From positions 1,344,001 through 1,408,000 of the forward strand of contig OY782781.1 in NCBI GenBank assembly GCA_963678315.1: a stretch of DNA of 64,000 nt. Direction: 5' to 3'. The notes beneath the pieces were generated by a model. The model ran no database searches. It worked only from the letters and a program-made list of their open reading frames with translations, and was not told the origin of the DNA. Positions 38,697 to 48,620 of the stretch are shown piece after piece. Position 1 is the first letter of the stretch. Every line of letters begins with the position of its first letter. Position numbers and translations under genes: made by a program. The stretch is from Candidatus Cloacimonadales bacterium (lineage in GTDB: Bacteria > Cloacimonadota > Cloacimonadia > Cloacimonadales > JAFGVF01).

Positions 38697-38949
38697 GTTG
38701 GTAAGAAGTAAAGATACGACTTAATCGGTAGAGTCTTCGGCTCATATCCGGCAGTTGCCGGACGGGGGTTCGACTCCCTCTGGGTCCACCATTTTTTAGC
38801 CTGCTTTCGAGCAGGTTTTTTTTTGTTGGTAAGAAGTAAAGATACGACTTAATCGGTAGAGTCTTCGGCTCATATCCGGCAGCTGCCGGACTGGGGTTCG
38901 ACTCCCTCTGGGTCCACCATTTTTTAGCCTGCTTTCGAGCAGGTTTTTT
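38697..38949 (+). repeat. Two tandem 128-bp tRNA-derived units (pseudo-tRNA plus terminator)
   Basis: Units start at 38697 and 38825; each keeps the D-arm, CAT loop, T-arm, 3' acceptor strand, CCA and the cctgct-ttcg-agcagg terminator, but lacks the 5' acceptor strand. Confidence 0.9.
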
Positions 38950-38970
38950 GTATATAAACTTAGGAGTATT

Positions 38971-39192
38971 ATGGATTCTTTAGATAAAGCTTTACCTGTC
39001 CTTATTGGGCTGGTTATACTTATTAACCTCGTAAAAATTCTCAAACTTAAGAGTAATTTCTTTATAAAAATATCTTCTATTGCTCTTATTGGACTATCAA
39101 TCTATTTATTTAATATGCTTATAGTGCTAGTTATAATGCTAGTCTTAAGAGTAACACTTCATTTCATTTCAAAGAGAGCACTGACTGATTAA
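38971..39192 (+). CDS. Small membrane protein (73 aa)
   Basis: AGGAG RBS; two to three hydrophobic segments. Confidence 0.55.
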   Translation: MDSLDKALPVLIGLVILINLVKILKLKSNFFIKISSIALIGLSIYLFNMLIVLVIMLVLRVTLHFISKRALTD

Positions 39193-39244
39193 TCCATAAA
39201 AAGGTAAGCTACATAAAACCTACCTTGAAATCAGTTAATATTAT

Positions 39245-41308
39245 TTATCGAACACCGTATTGAAAGTCACTATTTTCTAAGCTCAATTTCTCACAGATTA
39301 GTTTTGTATAGTTTAACAATGAGTTGGCACTTAAATTAGACTCCAGATAAAGTTGATTAGCTATAACCTCGTATGCAACTCTGCAATCAGAAGCTTTATT
39401 GGATATAATTCGAGATTTCGAACCTTCAAAGTCAGAGTCGTAAGCCAAATTAAGTATTCTTTGTTTATCTAGAATAAGTAATGATTCTACAGTTTGGGTG
39501 AAGAATTCCCTCCAGCTTTTCACACTGATTCTTTCTCCCAAAATGTCAATATATACAGGTTGTAAGCCTGTTACATTAATTTCATCATTTAATGATAGAT
39601 TATCTTTATTTTCGGAAACAGACTCAAGTTTAGACATGTCTATTGCTGGATATTTCCATATTTTAATTGCTATTTCTGAAAGATAGTTTGATCTAGAAGA
39701 AATTGTCTTATCATTCCAATCATCAATCTCGTGAAAGTTACTGTTGAGTTTAAGTCTACTTTTTTGAAAAATCTCTTTTTTTTCAATGAATGGTTTATTG
39801 CTGAGGTTTCCATTATATGCAGTCATAGTTAGATTTCCGAGTCTGTGCAAGTTGATGTCGTGAATAACACTATAATTTTTACCCAATGTAGCTTTCCATT
39901 GAGAAGATAATGTTTGCGGCATAATATGTTCTACAGTCAAATCATTTATGTTCACTTTTTCCTTATTGTCAAAATTTTCTAATTCTTCTAAAAGGTAATT
40001 TCTATGTTTAAAAGAGTATATATTTCGTTGAGTAAGTGCAAGTTTAAATTCAGTATCTGTTGGATAAGCAGAACTTGATTTTTTTTGAGATAATACAGCT
40101 TGTAATTTTTCGCTATATTTATCATCAAGAGTATTCTTATTTACTTCAGAATCAAGATTTGAGAATATTTTATTTAATGCATTGGTTGGAAGCTCGCAGA
40201 TTAACCTTCTAAAAGCATACGAAATTATTACTTCTAGAATTTGCTTAAAGTCGTCCAATTCTATCATATTTTTATCAAAATAGTAATATACTTTTAATAA
40301 ATAGGGATATGAAACTGTTATTTTAAGCTTGGACATTTTTCGTAATAGAAGGTCAATTGTTTTCATTCCAGTATTACAAAATACAATTTTTGAATATAAG
40401 CTTGAATAATATTTAAGATTATCTAATATAGATGCAATATCATCGTTATTATTTTTCACAAATGATTTAAATTCATTATATACATCACTTTTCTTTGGTA
40501 TTTTTTTGTTTTCCATTATTAAGAAGTCACGTATAAAGTCGGATATTTTATCATTAGTTAAATTCTTTTCGATAATGAACCAGTATTTTTCATACAAATC
40601 TTCTTGTTCCTCTGGTTCCTTATCCATTAGAATAAAATTGCGTATTAAGTCTGCCTGTGTTAAATTAACACCTGTAGAATTTATACTTTCAAAAATTAAC
40701 TGAGGATCATCTTCTCCTCTTTTTAAGCTGATATATACTATCATCAATTTGTGAGCTGAATCAAAAATATCTTTAGGTTTTGCCTTACATGAACTAATTC
40801 TACTATAAAAGTACTTATAGTTGACAATAATGTTTGAACTGCTGTCAATATGATCAAGATTGTTAGACATTATTTGCTTAAATACAATGTCATCTTCTTT
40901 CATTGGTTTCAGCCTTAACTTATTCTGTTCATTTTGATATTTGTTTATTAGATAATAATCATAAATTTTATTTCTCAAAGACTGGTTCTCATCATCTTGA
41001 AAGTTATTTTTATCAATATAATCACATAAAGCTTTAAGTAGTAAAATAATTGTAGTAATTCTTTGTTGTCCATCGATAATTACATACTCTCTTAAATCAA
41101 CCATATCAACATCACTATTTGATACATAAACAATTGAACCAATAAAATGAGTTTTTTTATTTCTATCTTCGTTTAGTGCAAGAATATCATTAAATAGTTG
41201 CTCACAATTGCTTTGTTTCCAATCATAGTTTCTTTGAAAAACCGGAATAATTAGTCTTTTATCTTCTCCAGAAATGAATCTCAATAAATGAAACTGTCGT
41301 GCTTCCAT
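39245..41308 (-). CDS. GmrSD-like type IV restriction endonuclease (DUF262 + DUF1524 HNH) with extra C-terminal domain
   Basis: IPVFQRNYDW, HFIGSIV, IIDGQQRITT, IFESINSTG..L...DL (DUF262); TVEHIMPQ...HRLGNLT...N..LSN (DUF1524). Confidence 0.9.
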   Translation of the reverse strand: MEARQFHLLRFISGEDKRLIIPVFQRNYDWKQSNCEQLFNDILALNEDRNKKTHFIGSIVYVSNSDVDMVDLREYVIIDGQQRITTIILLLKALCDYIDKNNFQDDENQSLRNKIYDYYLINKYQNEQNKLRLKPMKEDDIVFKQIMSNNLDHIDSSSNIIVNYKYFYSRISSCKAKPKDIFDSAHKLMIVYISLKRGEDDPQLIFESINSTGVNLTQADLIRNFILMDKEPEEQEDLYEKYWFIIEKNLTNDKISDFIRDFLIMENKKIPKKSDVYNEFKSFVKNNNDDIASILDNLKYYSSLYSKIVFCNTGMKTIDLLLRKMSKLKITVSYPYLLKVYYYFDKNMIELDDFKQILEVIISYAFRRLICELPTNALNKIFSNLDSEVNKNTLDDKYSEKLQAVLSQKKSSSAYPTDTEFKLALTQRNIYSFKHRNYLLEELENFDNKEKVNINDLTVEHIMPQTLSSQWKATLGKNYSVIHDINLHRLGNLTMTAYNGNLSNKPFIEKKEIFQKSRLKLNSNFHEIDDWNDKTISSRSNYLSEIAIKIWKYPAIDMSKLESVSENKDNLSLNDEINVTGLQPVYIDILGERISVKSWREFFTQTVESLLILDKQRILNLAYDSDFEGSKSRIISNKASDCRVAYEVIANQLYLESNLSANSLLNYTKLICEKLSLENSDFQYGVR

Positions 41309-41773
41309 ATAACCTCCTCAATTATCAAAACATGAATTGTTGTAAGAATAGTACATGTTAAATATATGTCAACTTAATATAATTATACGTTAAGCTATGT
41401 GTAATTTTAAATAGATTTATTCATGTATTTTTATCTTAAATTTGGAATGCTTTTATTAGTTGTCTAGTGGCAATACTTACTAGCCTCCTGCATTAAATTG
41501 CGATTTAATGCAGGAGGTTTCTTAGGAAAGAGTGAAAATTGTAAGTAGAGACGAGGTTACTAGGCTAATTTTATATTACTCTTTTTTAAATCATTTAAAC
41601 CCAAAAAGAGCATCATCTGTGATAAAGAGAATAGTCCAAAAAACTAGGAGCCTAAAAAAACTTGATTGAGAGAAATATCAGCTTGCTTGCGTAAATATTA
41701 TTATGCAAATTAGAAGTAAACATGTTGTTTTATAGAAGATGAAAATTATTAGCCGATCTCAATTATTAATTCA

Positions 41774-41836
41774 AATCCCAAAATATACCTTAATTTTGGG
41801 ATTGTAGTCCCAAAAATATACCATAAATTTGGGATT
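41774..41836. repeat. Tandem pair of short inverted repeats
   Basis: aatcccaaaat-atacctta-attttgggatt followed by gtcccaaaaat-ataccataa-atttgggatt. Confidence 0.65.
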
Positions 41837-41960
41837 AAAAATCCTAAAAGTTACTTTTATTGCTTGATTATCCAAGAATACCTATTAACCCGATAAAACA
41901 AAGAGCTCTGTATAAAACAAAGCTCTTAATTTATTCTTTTTATTCTTTAGGTTAGTTTAG

Positions 41961-44204
41961 TTATAAGTCTTTGGAAGGCTTCTTAAATTTTAGAGAAATG
42001 TAGAAGGCTAAGAACATTGCTACAGAAATTGAAATCCACATTATCGAGCTAGCTGGATGGATAGCAAAAGTTGTAATTTGGTAGAAGAGAGTTGCTACTA
42101 CCCAGGCTAGAATCGTTAAATAAGCTACTGCAAAGATAGTCCATTTAAGGTTTGTTTCACGGTAAATTGCACCAATAGCAGCCACACAAGGAGCGTAAAT
42201 AAGAATAAAGAGCAGATAGGCATAAGCTGCAAATTTATCGTTATTAAAGCCTTGTTGAACATAAGCAACAAGTGATGAATCTTCCTCTTCTTCATCTCCC
42301 GCATCAATCCAACCAAATCCAGCAGGGATTGCTACAAAGGAATCTTTGATTCCACCCCAAAAGTCAAATTCTTCTTCAACTTCATCTTGGTCTTTACCCC
42401 AATTCGGGTCACGTTGTTTGTAAAGAGCATCCATTGTCCCGATTACAGCTTCTTTAGCAAAGATACCAGTAAATAGACCAACAGTAGCAGGCCAGTTGTC
42501 ATCTGTAAGACCAATTGGTTTAAAGATTGGAGTTGTTTTTTTGCCAAGCCAAGTAAGAACTGATTTAGATGAATCGTTGTTGCCAAAGCTTCCGTCAGTA
42601 CCTATTGAGTTAGCGAAAGAAACTAAAATAACAATAGTAAAGATTACTTTCCCAGCCTTAATGAGGAATGATTTTAGTTTGTTCCAAGTATGAAGCATAA
42701 CACCATTGAGGGTTGGAACATGGTAAGAAGGGAGCTCCATAACGAAAGTAGCAGGTTGACCTTTCAAAATTGTTGATTTGAATAAGAAACCTGATAAGAT
42801 AGCTAATATTATACCAGATAGATAAATAGAAAATAATACTAAGCCTGCTGATTTAGAGAAGAAGGCTGTAATCAGTAGAGAATAGACAGGTAGTCTAGCT
42901 CCGCACGACATAAATGGATTCATCAGGATTGTTAGCATACGATCTCTATTGTTCTCTAGTGTACGAGTTGCCATGATAGCAGGAACTGTACAGCCGAAAC
43001 CAACTAGCATAGGTATAAAAGCCTTTCCTGGAAGTCCAATAGTTTTCATGAATCTATCCATTATAAAGGCTGCACGAGCCATATAACCAGAATCTTCAAG
43101 AATCGATAATGCTAAGAAAATGAAGAATATTGGTGGGATAAAAGTTGATAAGGTCTGTAGCCCACCACCAAAACCATCTGCAAGAATAGTAACAAGCCAA
43201 TCAGGAGAATTAAATTTTCCTAATAGATTAGTAAGTCCATCAACGAAAATTGTGCCTGTAAGTCCATCAAAGAAGTCAATAAAAGGTGCACCAACATTAA
43301 TTGTTAGATAGAAAACACCCATCATTACAGCTAAGAAAATTGGGATACCTAAGAATTTGTTAATAACTATCTTATCAATAAAGTCAGTAACAGTTTCTCT
43401 GGTAACAGTTTTAACTTTTAATACTTCTTTGACAATTCCTCTGATAAAACCATAGCGACCGTCTGCGATGACAACATCAATAGGGTCACCTGTGTGTTTT
43501 TCAACTCTATGAATTGCTTCATGAAGTTCATTTTTAATATTAAGTTCAGGAATCTCAGAGAGAAGCTCTTCTTCTTCAAACAACTTAACAGCGAGCCAAT
43601 GTGAGTTTAAACCTTTAGATTGTGAATAATTAGCTACTTTTTCATCTATAGATATAATTTCTTTGTGAAAGTAGGGGTCATAAGGGATATCAATAGTAGA
43701 GATGTGTTTCTTATTGATTGCTTTAATAATCTCTTTCTTTAGAGTATCGATTCCTTCTTTTTTGTTGGCACTTGTTGGGATTATTGGGCAATCCAAGTAT
43801 TTCTTGAGTTTGGCAACATCCAGCTCCATTTGGCGAGATGGGAGGGTATCCATCATATTGAGGGCTATAATAACAGGAACATTCATTTCAAGAAGTTGCA
43901 CTGTTAGGTATAGGTTTCTTTGTAGATTTGAAGCATCTAGAACTTGAACAACCAAGTCTGCATCTCTGCTGAGAATGTACTCACGAGATACTCTTTCATC
44001 TTCAGAAAAAGCAGAAAAAGAGTAGATACCAGGTAAATCAACAACATCAATTGAGTGTTGATTATCAGAGTATGTTCCTACTTTTTTCTCTACTGTAACT
44101 CCAGGCCAATTACCGATAGTTTGTTTTGCACCGGTAAGAGCATTAAAAACTGTTGTTTTACCACTATTAGGGTTACCTGCTAGAGCAATAGTGAAGTTTT
44201 TCAT
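41961..44204 (-). CDS. feoB: Ferrous iron transporter B
   Basis: GNPNSGKTT, GNWPGVTVE, DLPGIYS, LEDSGYMARAAF, GFGC.VPA, FMSC.ARLP. Confidence 0.96.
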   Translation of the reverse strand: MKNFTIALAGNPNSGKTTVFNALTGAKQTIGNWPGVTVEKKVGTYSDNQHSIDVVDLPGIYSFSAFSEDERVSREYILSRDADLVVQVLDASNLQRNLYLTVQLLEMNVPVIIALNMMDTLPSRQMELDVAKLKKYLDCPIIPTSANKKEGIDTLKKEIIKAINKKHISTIDIPYDPYFHKEIISIDEKVANYSQSKGLNSHWLAVKLFEEEELLSEIPELNIKNELHEAIHRVEKHTGDPIDVVIADGRYGFIRGIVKEVLKVKTVTRETVTDFIDKIVINKFLGIPIFLAVMMGVFYLTINVGAPFIDFFDGLTGTIFVDGLTNLLGKFNSPDWLVTILADGFGGGLQTLSTFIPPIFFIFLALSILEDSGYMARAAFIMDRFMKTIGLPGKAFIPMLVGFGCTVPAIMATRTLENNRDRMLTILMNPFMSCGARLPVYSLLITAFFSKSAGLVLFSIYLSGIILAILSGFLFKSTILKGQPATFVMELPSYHVPTLNGVMLHTWNKLKSFLIKAGKVIFTIVILVSFANSIGTDGSFGNNDSSKSVLTWLGKKTTPIFKPIGLTDDNWPATVGLFTGIFAKEAVIGTMDALYKQRDPNWGKDQDEVEEEFDFWGGIKDSFVAIPAGFGWIDAGDEEEEDSSLVAYVQQGFNNDKFAAYAYLLFILIYAPCVAAIGAIYRETNLKWTIFAVAYLTILAWVVATLFYQITTFAIHPASSIMWISISVAMFLAFYISLKFKKPSKDL

Positions 44205-44244
44205 GTTAGCTCCTAAACTTTATATAATTATTTTTGTGCATAAA

Positions 44245-44292
44245 GTTATGAAGTGCTAACATTGTCAAGTTTTATGTTAGTAAATTCTAACA
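44245..44292. promoter_or_regulatory. Two candidate operator boxes around the feoB promoter
   Basis: TGTTAG-N6-CTAACA (44275-44292) and GTTAT-N6-CTAAC (44245-44260) flank a minus-strand TTGACA (44263-44268). Confidence 0.5.
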
Positions 44293-44361
44293 GCATACTA
44301 GTATTCTGAATTTGATTGGTGATAAAAGATCTTGGTAAAATATTGATTTATAGTGTAATAT

Positions 44362-44607
44362 CTAATCTTGAAGTTTCTTGCTTTCTGTGAAAATTAATTT
44401 ATATAATTTTTCTATGAATTCAAAAGAAAGCTTATATTCCTTAGCAAGTTTAGTTAAATAATCTAATACTTCTTTCTCTCTAGATAAGTCTTCAGCTTGC
44501 TTTTTGAACTGTCTAGTTTGCTTTGCTAGATTAAATCTTTTTGCTAGTAGGTTAATGATTTCTTGGTCAATCTTCTCTATGTCTTTTCTAATTGTTTCTA
44601 AGTTCAA
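44362..44607 (-). CDS. Chorismate mutase type II (AroQ class), stand-alone
   Basis: L..IRKDIEKID.EI..LL.KR...K...D..RE...ESKKLQ; probable TTG start at 44607 after GGAG. Confidence 0.85.
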   Translation of the reverse strand: MNLETIRKDIEKIDQEIINLLAKRFNLAKQTRQFKKQAEDLSREKEVLDYLTKLAKEYKLSFEFIEKLYKLIFTESKKLQD

Positions 44608-45592
44608 AGTGTTTAATCTCCATAAGTCTTTGTAAATAAAGGTCAGCAATCACAAAATAAGACAAAGCTTCAACAATAGGTGGAACTCTAAGAGCAAAAC
44701 AAGCATCATGTCTACCTTGAATTTCAAGAGTATCCATTTGATTAGTAGCAAAATTAAATGTACTTTGAGCTAATGAAATACTGGCTGTTGCTTTGATTCC
44801 TATGGTAAATATGATAGGATTTCCGTTAGTTAAACCTCCTACAATACCTGAAGAATTGTTACTTGCAGTCTTTCCAGTAGAGTCAATAATAGGGTCATTA
44901 AAGTCAGAGCCTTTAGCTGTGCTTGGATCTATTGCATTTGAAAATGATAAGCCTTTAACTCCTGGAATTGAGAATAGGGCATGGGCTAAGAGAGATTCAA
45001 CCGAATCAAAAAAAGGAGAGCCGAGCCCGATAGGAAGATTATCTATTTTGCAAACAAGCTTTGCTCCCAGAGAATCACCTCTTTCAATAGCTTGCTCAAG
45101 TATTTTAGAGTAATCTTTTTTACCACCAATAGATTCTATATGGCATTGAGCTGAAACATCTGTTAAGACAAGCTTTGCAAGATAACCTGCTAGAATTAGT
45201 CCCAAGGTTAATCTCCCGGAAAAATGTCCACCACCTTTAAGGTCATTAAAGGTAAAGTATTTTCTATCAGCTACAAAATCAGAGTGGTTTGGTCTAGGAA
45301 TATCTCTAAATAAAGTATAATCTTTAGAGTGTGTGTTCGTATTGGTAAAAGATACAAGGATAGGTGCACCTGTAGTAATATCATGTTTAACACCTGACTT
45401 GAATTGAGGAATGTCTGCTTCTAAGCGATTTGTAGTTCCTCTTTTACCAGCTTTTCTTCTAGCAATAAAAGATTCTAGTTCATTTCTATCAATCTGTAAC
45501 CCAGGAGGAAATCCATCCAAAAGGACTCCTACTTCAGGTCCATGCGATTCTCCAAATATTTCTATCTTCAGTAGTTTTCCGAAACTATTCAT
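44588..45592 (-). CDS. aroC: Chorismate synthase
   Basis: FGESHG, PRP.H.D, GGGHFSGR, N..GI.GGLTNG, GRHD.C. Confidence 0.95.
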   Translation of the reverse strand: MNSFGKLLKIEIFGESHGPEVGVLLDGFPPGLQIDRNELESFIARRKAGKRGTTNRLEADIPQFKSGVKHDITTGAPILVSFTNTNTHSKDYTLFRDIPRPNHSDFVADRKYFTFNDLKGGGHFSGRLTLGLILAGYLAKLVLTDVSAQCHIESIGGKKDYSKILEQAIERGDSLGAKLVCKIDNLPIGLGSPFFDSVESLLAHALFSIPGVKGLSFSNAIDPSTAKGSDFNDPIIDSTGKTASNNSSGIVGGLTNGNPIIFTIGIKATASISLAQSTFNFATNQMDTLEIQGRHDACFALRVPPIVEALSYFVIADLYLQRLMEIKHFELRNN

Positions 45593-46817
45593 TAGCTAGT
45601 CCTAACCTATTATAAATGTCTATAAATTCTGGGAATGATTTATTTATACATTGATAGTTATTAATGTCAATCTTATTCTTGGAAATTGAATTAAGTACTA
45701 GGGCAGACATTGCTATTCTATGGTCATTGAATGTCTCTACTAATCCACCTTCAATGATAGTGGGATAGATAGTTAAAGTATTATCATCATCAGATAGGCA
45801 ATAAGATACATTTAATGTCTTGAACATCTCGATAATGCTCTTTAATCTGTTAGATTCCTTAGAGAAAAGTCTTTTACATCCTGTTAAAACAGATTGATTT
45901 TTACAGGAGATAGCTAAGGCTGATAGAATAGGGGCAAGGTCAGGATTATGGGTTAAATCAAAGTTGATATTATTAAGTTTGCTTGAAGAGACATGTATAG
46001 AGTTTGCCTTAAGCTCAATGTTTCCACCAGCTTCTTTCAATATATCAACAATTACTCTATCTGGAGCTGCTTTATTATCCTGAATATTGTTTATTTCAAT
46101 ATCGCCATTAAGTAAACCCAAAGCAATAATATAGCTCATTGATGACCAGTCTGATTCTGGAGTAAGTTCAAAAACTTTGTATTCTTGATTTCCAGGAATT
46201 GTTATCTTCATTTCATGCTCATCAAAAACATACTTAATCTTTGCTTTGTGTAAGTAATCCAGACTTAGTAAAAGATATGGCTTACTGACTAAATTATGAA
46301 TATTAATTGTCCTAGTTTGATTTAGATTAGCTAGAAGAAAGAGAAGACCTGACAGTAGTTGGGAAGACTGAGAAGCATCAATATCTAAAATATCTGGAAG
46401 TTGTTTGCTTTTTATTGTTGTTGGTAAATAATCACTAGAAGAAGAATAGCCAAGTGCATGACAGAAAGGTGTTATATCAAGATTTCTGGATAGAAGTGTC
46501 TTTTCACCGCTTATGGTATACTCATTACTATATAAACTTGCTAATGATACCATTATTCTTGCTAAAAAGCCTGATTCTCCACAGTATAATTCTTTGCACT
46601 TATTTGGAGTGAAGGAAATAACTCTTAGAGTGTTTTTGCTAAGATCAATCTTGTAGCCTATGCTTGTAAAAAGTGTGATAGCTGAGAGAACATCATCACA
46701 CAGTGAAACATTATTTATTGTAACAGGCTTATTATTGCTGAGAATAGCGCAGATGATGGCTCTTAAGGAAGAACTTTTAGAGGCTGGAGCATCTATTCTT
46801 CCAACAAAGCTAATCAT
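45585..46817 (-). CDS. aroA: EPSP synthase
   Basis: PASKS, CGESG, SSQLLSGLL, S.PY, KES.R, DHRIAM, KSFP.F. Confidence 0.92.
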   Translation of the reverse strand: MISFVGRIDAPASKSSSLRAIICAILSNNKPVTINNVSLCDDVLSAITLFTSIGYKIDLSKNTLRVISFTPNKCKELYCGESGFLARIMVSLASLYSNEYTISGEKTLLSRNLDITPFCHALGYSSSSDYLPTTIKSKQLPDILDIDASQSSQLLSGLLFLLANLNQTRTINIHNLVSKPYLLLSLDYLHKAKIKYVFDEHEMKITIPGNQEYKVFELTPESDWSSMSYIIALGLLNGDIEINNIQDNKAAPDRVIVDILKEAGGNIELKANSIHVSSSKLNNINFDLTHNPDLAPILSALAISCKNQSVLTGCKRLFSKESNRLKSIIEMFKTLNVSYCLSDDDNTLTIYPTIIEGGLVETFNDHRIAMSALVLNSISKNKIDINNYQCINKSFPEFIDIYNRLGLANE

Positions 46818-47817
46818 TGGATAAAATCTCTTTCAAATCGCTAAATAAGATTTCTTTAATGCAAGGCTTTCCAATATCTTCTAATAGAATAAAGCTGAGA
46901 GTGTCAGCTTGAACTTTCTTGTCATTAATAATAGAGTTATAGATAACTTGCCAAGGAAGTTGCTTGTCTTTTAAAGAATTAAACTTGTTTAGGATTAGGG
47001 ATATACTATTATATGTTTCTTTAGATAATATCTCAAGTTTAAGGGATATATCAAGAGCATATTGCATTCCCCAAAGAACAGCAAGTCCATGACTACATTT
47101 CAAGTGCATCTCAATAGTATGGCCTAAGGTGTGTCCAAAGTTGAGGATTCTTCTTTGTCCATTATCACAAACATCATTCTTAACAAAGTTATATTTGATA
47201 TAATGAGATTCTTTGATGAGAGCAGAGAGTTCTCTAATGTCTTCTAGAAGAGTCTTGGAAGAGAAATAATCAGCAACTTTATAGAAATATTCTTGCGAGT
47301 AGATAAGTCCATGTTTTAGCATTTCAGCAATACCATTGACGACTTGATCATGGGGGAGACTTGCTAAGAAGTTAAGGTCATAATTAACTTGTATAGGTTG
47401 TTTGAAAGTCCCAAATTGGTTTTTAAAACACTGGGAGTTGACTCCATTCTTGCCTCCAAGTGAGGCATCTACCATGCAGAGAAGACTTGTAGGGAAAAAG
47501 GCGACATCTATTCCTCGTTTGTAGAGTGAAGCAACTAAGCCTGCTACATCAGTTACCAGACCGCCACCAATGGCAATCAAAAGGCACTTCTTTGATAGAT
47601 TCTTCCTTAACATATATTCTAGAATATTTTCTACAGAGAACATAGTTTTATATTCTTCTCCTGGAGCTAAGGCAAGATATTCAAAGTGCTTGAAGATTTG
47701 CTCAAAGTAGAGCTTTTCAAGGTTTGTATCAGTTAATAAAAAGATTTCTCTATCAGCAAGCTTAGAGATTAAAGTAAAAGTATCTTGAAAACTTGTAAAT
47801 TCAGTAGGATTTAGCAT
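46810..47817 (-). CDS. aroB: 3-dehydroquinate synthase
   Basis: GEEYK, GGG.VTD.AG.VAS.Y.RG, DAS.GGKNGVN, LNFGHTLGH. Confidence 0.95.
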   Translation of the reverse strand: MLNPTEFTSFQDTFTLISKLADREIFLLTDTNLEKLYFEQIFKHFEYLALAPGEEYKTMFSVENILEYMLRKNLSKKCLLIAIGGGLVTDVAGLVASLYKRGIDVAFFPTSLLCMVDASLGGKNGVNSQCFKNQFGTFKQPIQVNYDLNFLASLPHDQVVNGIAEMLKHGLIYSQEYFYKVADYFSSKTLLEDIRELSALIKESHYIKYNFVKNDVCDNGQRRILNFGHTLGHTIEMHLKCSHGLAVLWGMQYALDISLKLEILSKETYNSISLILNKFNSLKDKQLPWQVIYNSIINDKKVQADTLSFILLEDIGKPCIKEILFSDLKEILSND

Positions 47818-47822
47818 TGTTC

Positions 47823-48620
47823 TTACTTCTTAAAAAAGTCTATGATTGCTTTTAATTCAGACATCAAACTTTGAAACTCATTGAAATCAAGCTGTTGCTT
47901 AGGGTCGCTCAATGCTTCAACTGGATGAGGATGTACTTCAAGCATTAGGCCATCAGCTCCAGCAGCTATACTTGCCTTGCACATAGCAGGGATAAGCTCT
48001 TTACGTCCGGTAGCATGAGTAGGATCAACAATAACAGGTAGGCCAGTCAGCTCTTTCATGATTGGGACTGCGCTCAGGTCGAGAGTATTTCTTGTATAGG
48101 TCTCGAAAGTACGGATTCCACGTTCGCATAAAATAATCTTTTCATTACCTTCTTTGAATATATACTCAGCACTATGAACCCATTCTTCTATGGTTGCTTG
48201 AAAACCTCTTTTAAGAATAACAGGCTTATCTAACTGTCCTACTTCTTTTAATAATGGGAAGTTATGCATACTTCTTGAACCTATCTGAATTACATCAATG
48301 AAGTCTATGTTTGCTTCAATTAATCTGGGGTCTAGAATCTCAGTTACTACAGGAATATTAAACTTTTTCCTAACCTGATGAAGAATTTCAATTGCTTGAC
48401 CTTGCAGACCTTGAAAAGAGTAGGGTGAGGTTCTAGGTTTAAAGGAACCTCCTCGAAACAAACTTGCTCCCATACTTTTGATAGCAGCACAAGTCTCTTC
48501 AGCCATTGTTAAATTCTCTATACTACACGGTCCTGCGATAACAATGAAGTCTTTACCAACTTCATGATTCCCAATTCTAAATCCTGTTTTCCTGTTTTTT
48601 AAAACTTGAACTTTATCCAT
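47823..48620 (-). CDS. aroF: DAHP synthase type I-beta without N-terminal regulatory domain
   Basis: IAGPCSIE, RGGSFKPRTSPYSFQG, ILCERGIRTFE, DPTH. Confidence 0.94.
   Translation of the reverse strand: MDKVQVLKNRKTGFRIGNHEVGKDFIVIAGPCSIENLTMAEETCAAIKSMGASLFRGGSFKPRTSPYSFQGLQGQAIEILHQVRKKFNIPVVTEILDPRLIEANIDFIDVIQIGSRSMHNFPLLKEVGQLDKPVILKRGFQATIEEWVHSAEYIFKEGNEKIILCERGIRTFETYTRNTLDLSAVPIMKELTGLPVIVDPTHATGRKELIPAMCKASIAAGADGLMLEVHPHPVEALSDPKQQLDFNEFQSLMSELKAIIDFFKK

Noticed and set aside
38697..38949. Two additional functional tRNA-Met/Ile genes, or intron-containing tRNAs
   Set aside because: The 5' acceptor strand cannot pair with TGGGTCC, and the insert replaces part of the anticodon arm and variable loop
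38589..41960. Intact prophage or integrative element at the tRNA
   Set aside because: No integrase or phage genes, and no distal tRNA 3'-end repeat seen beyond the nuclease gene
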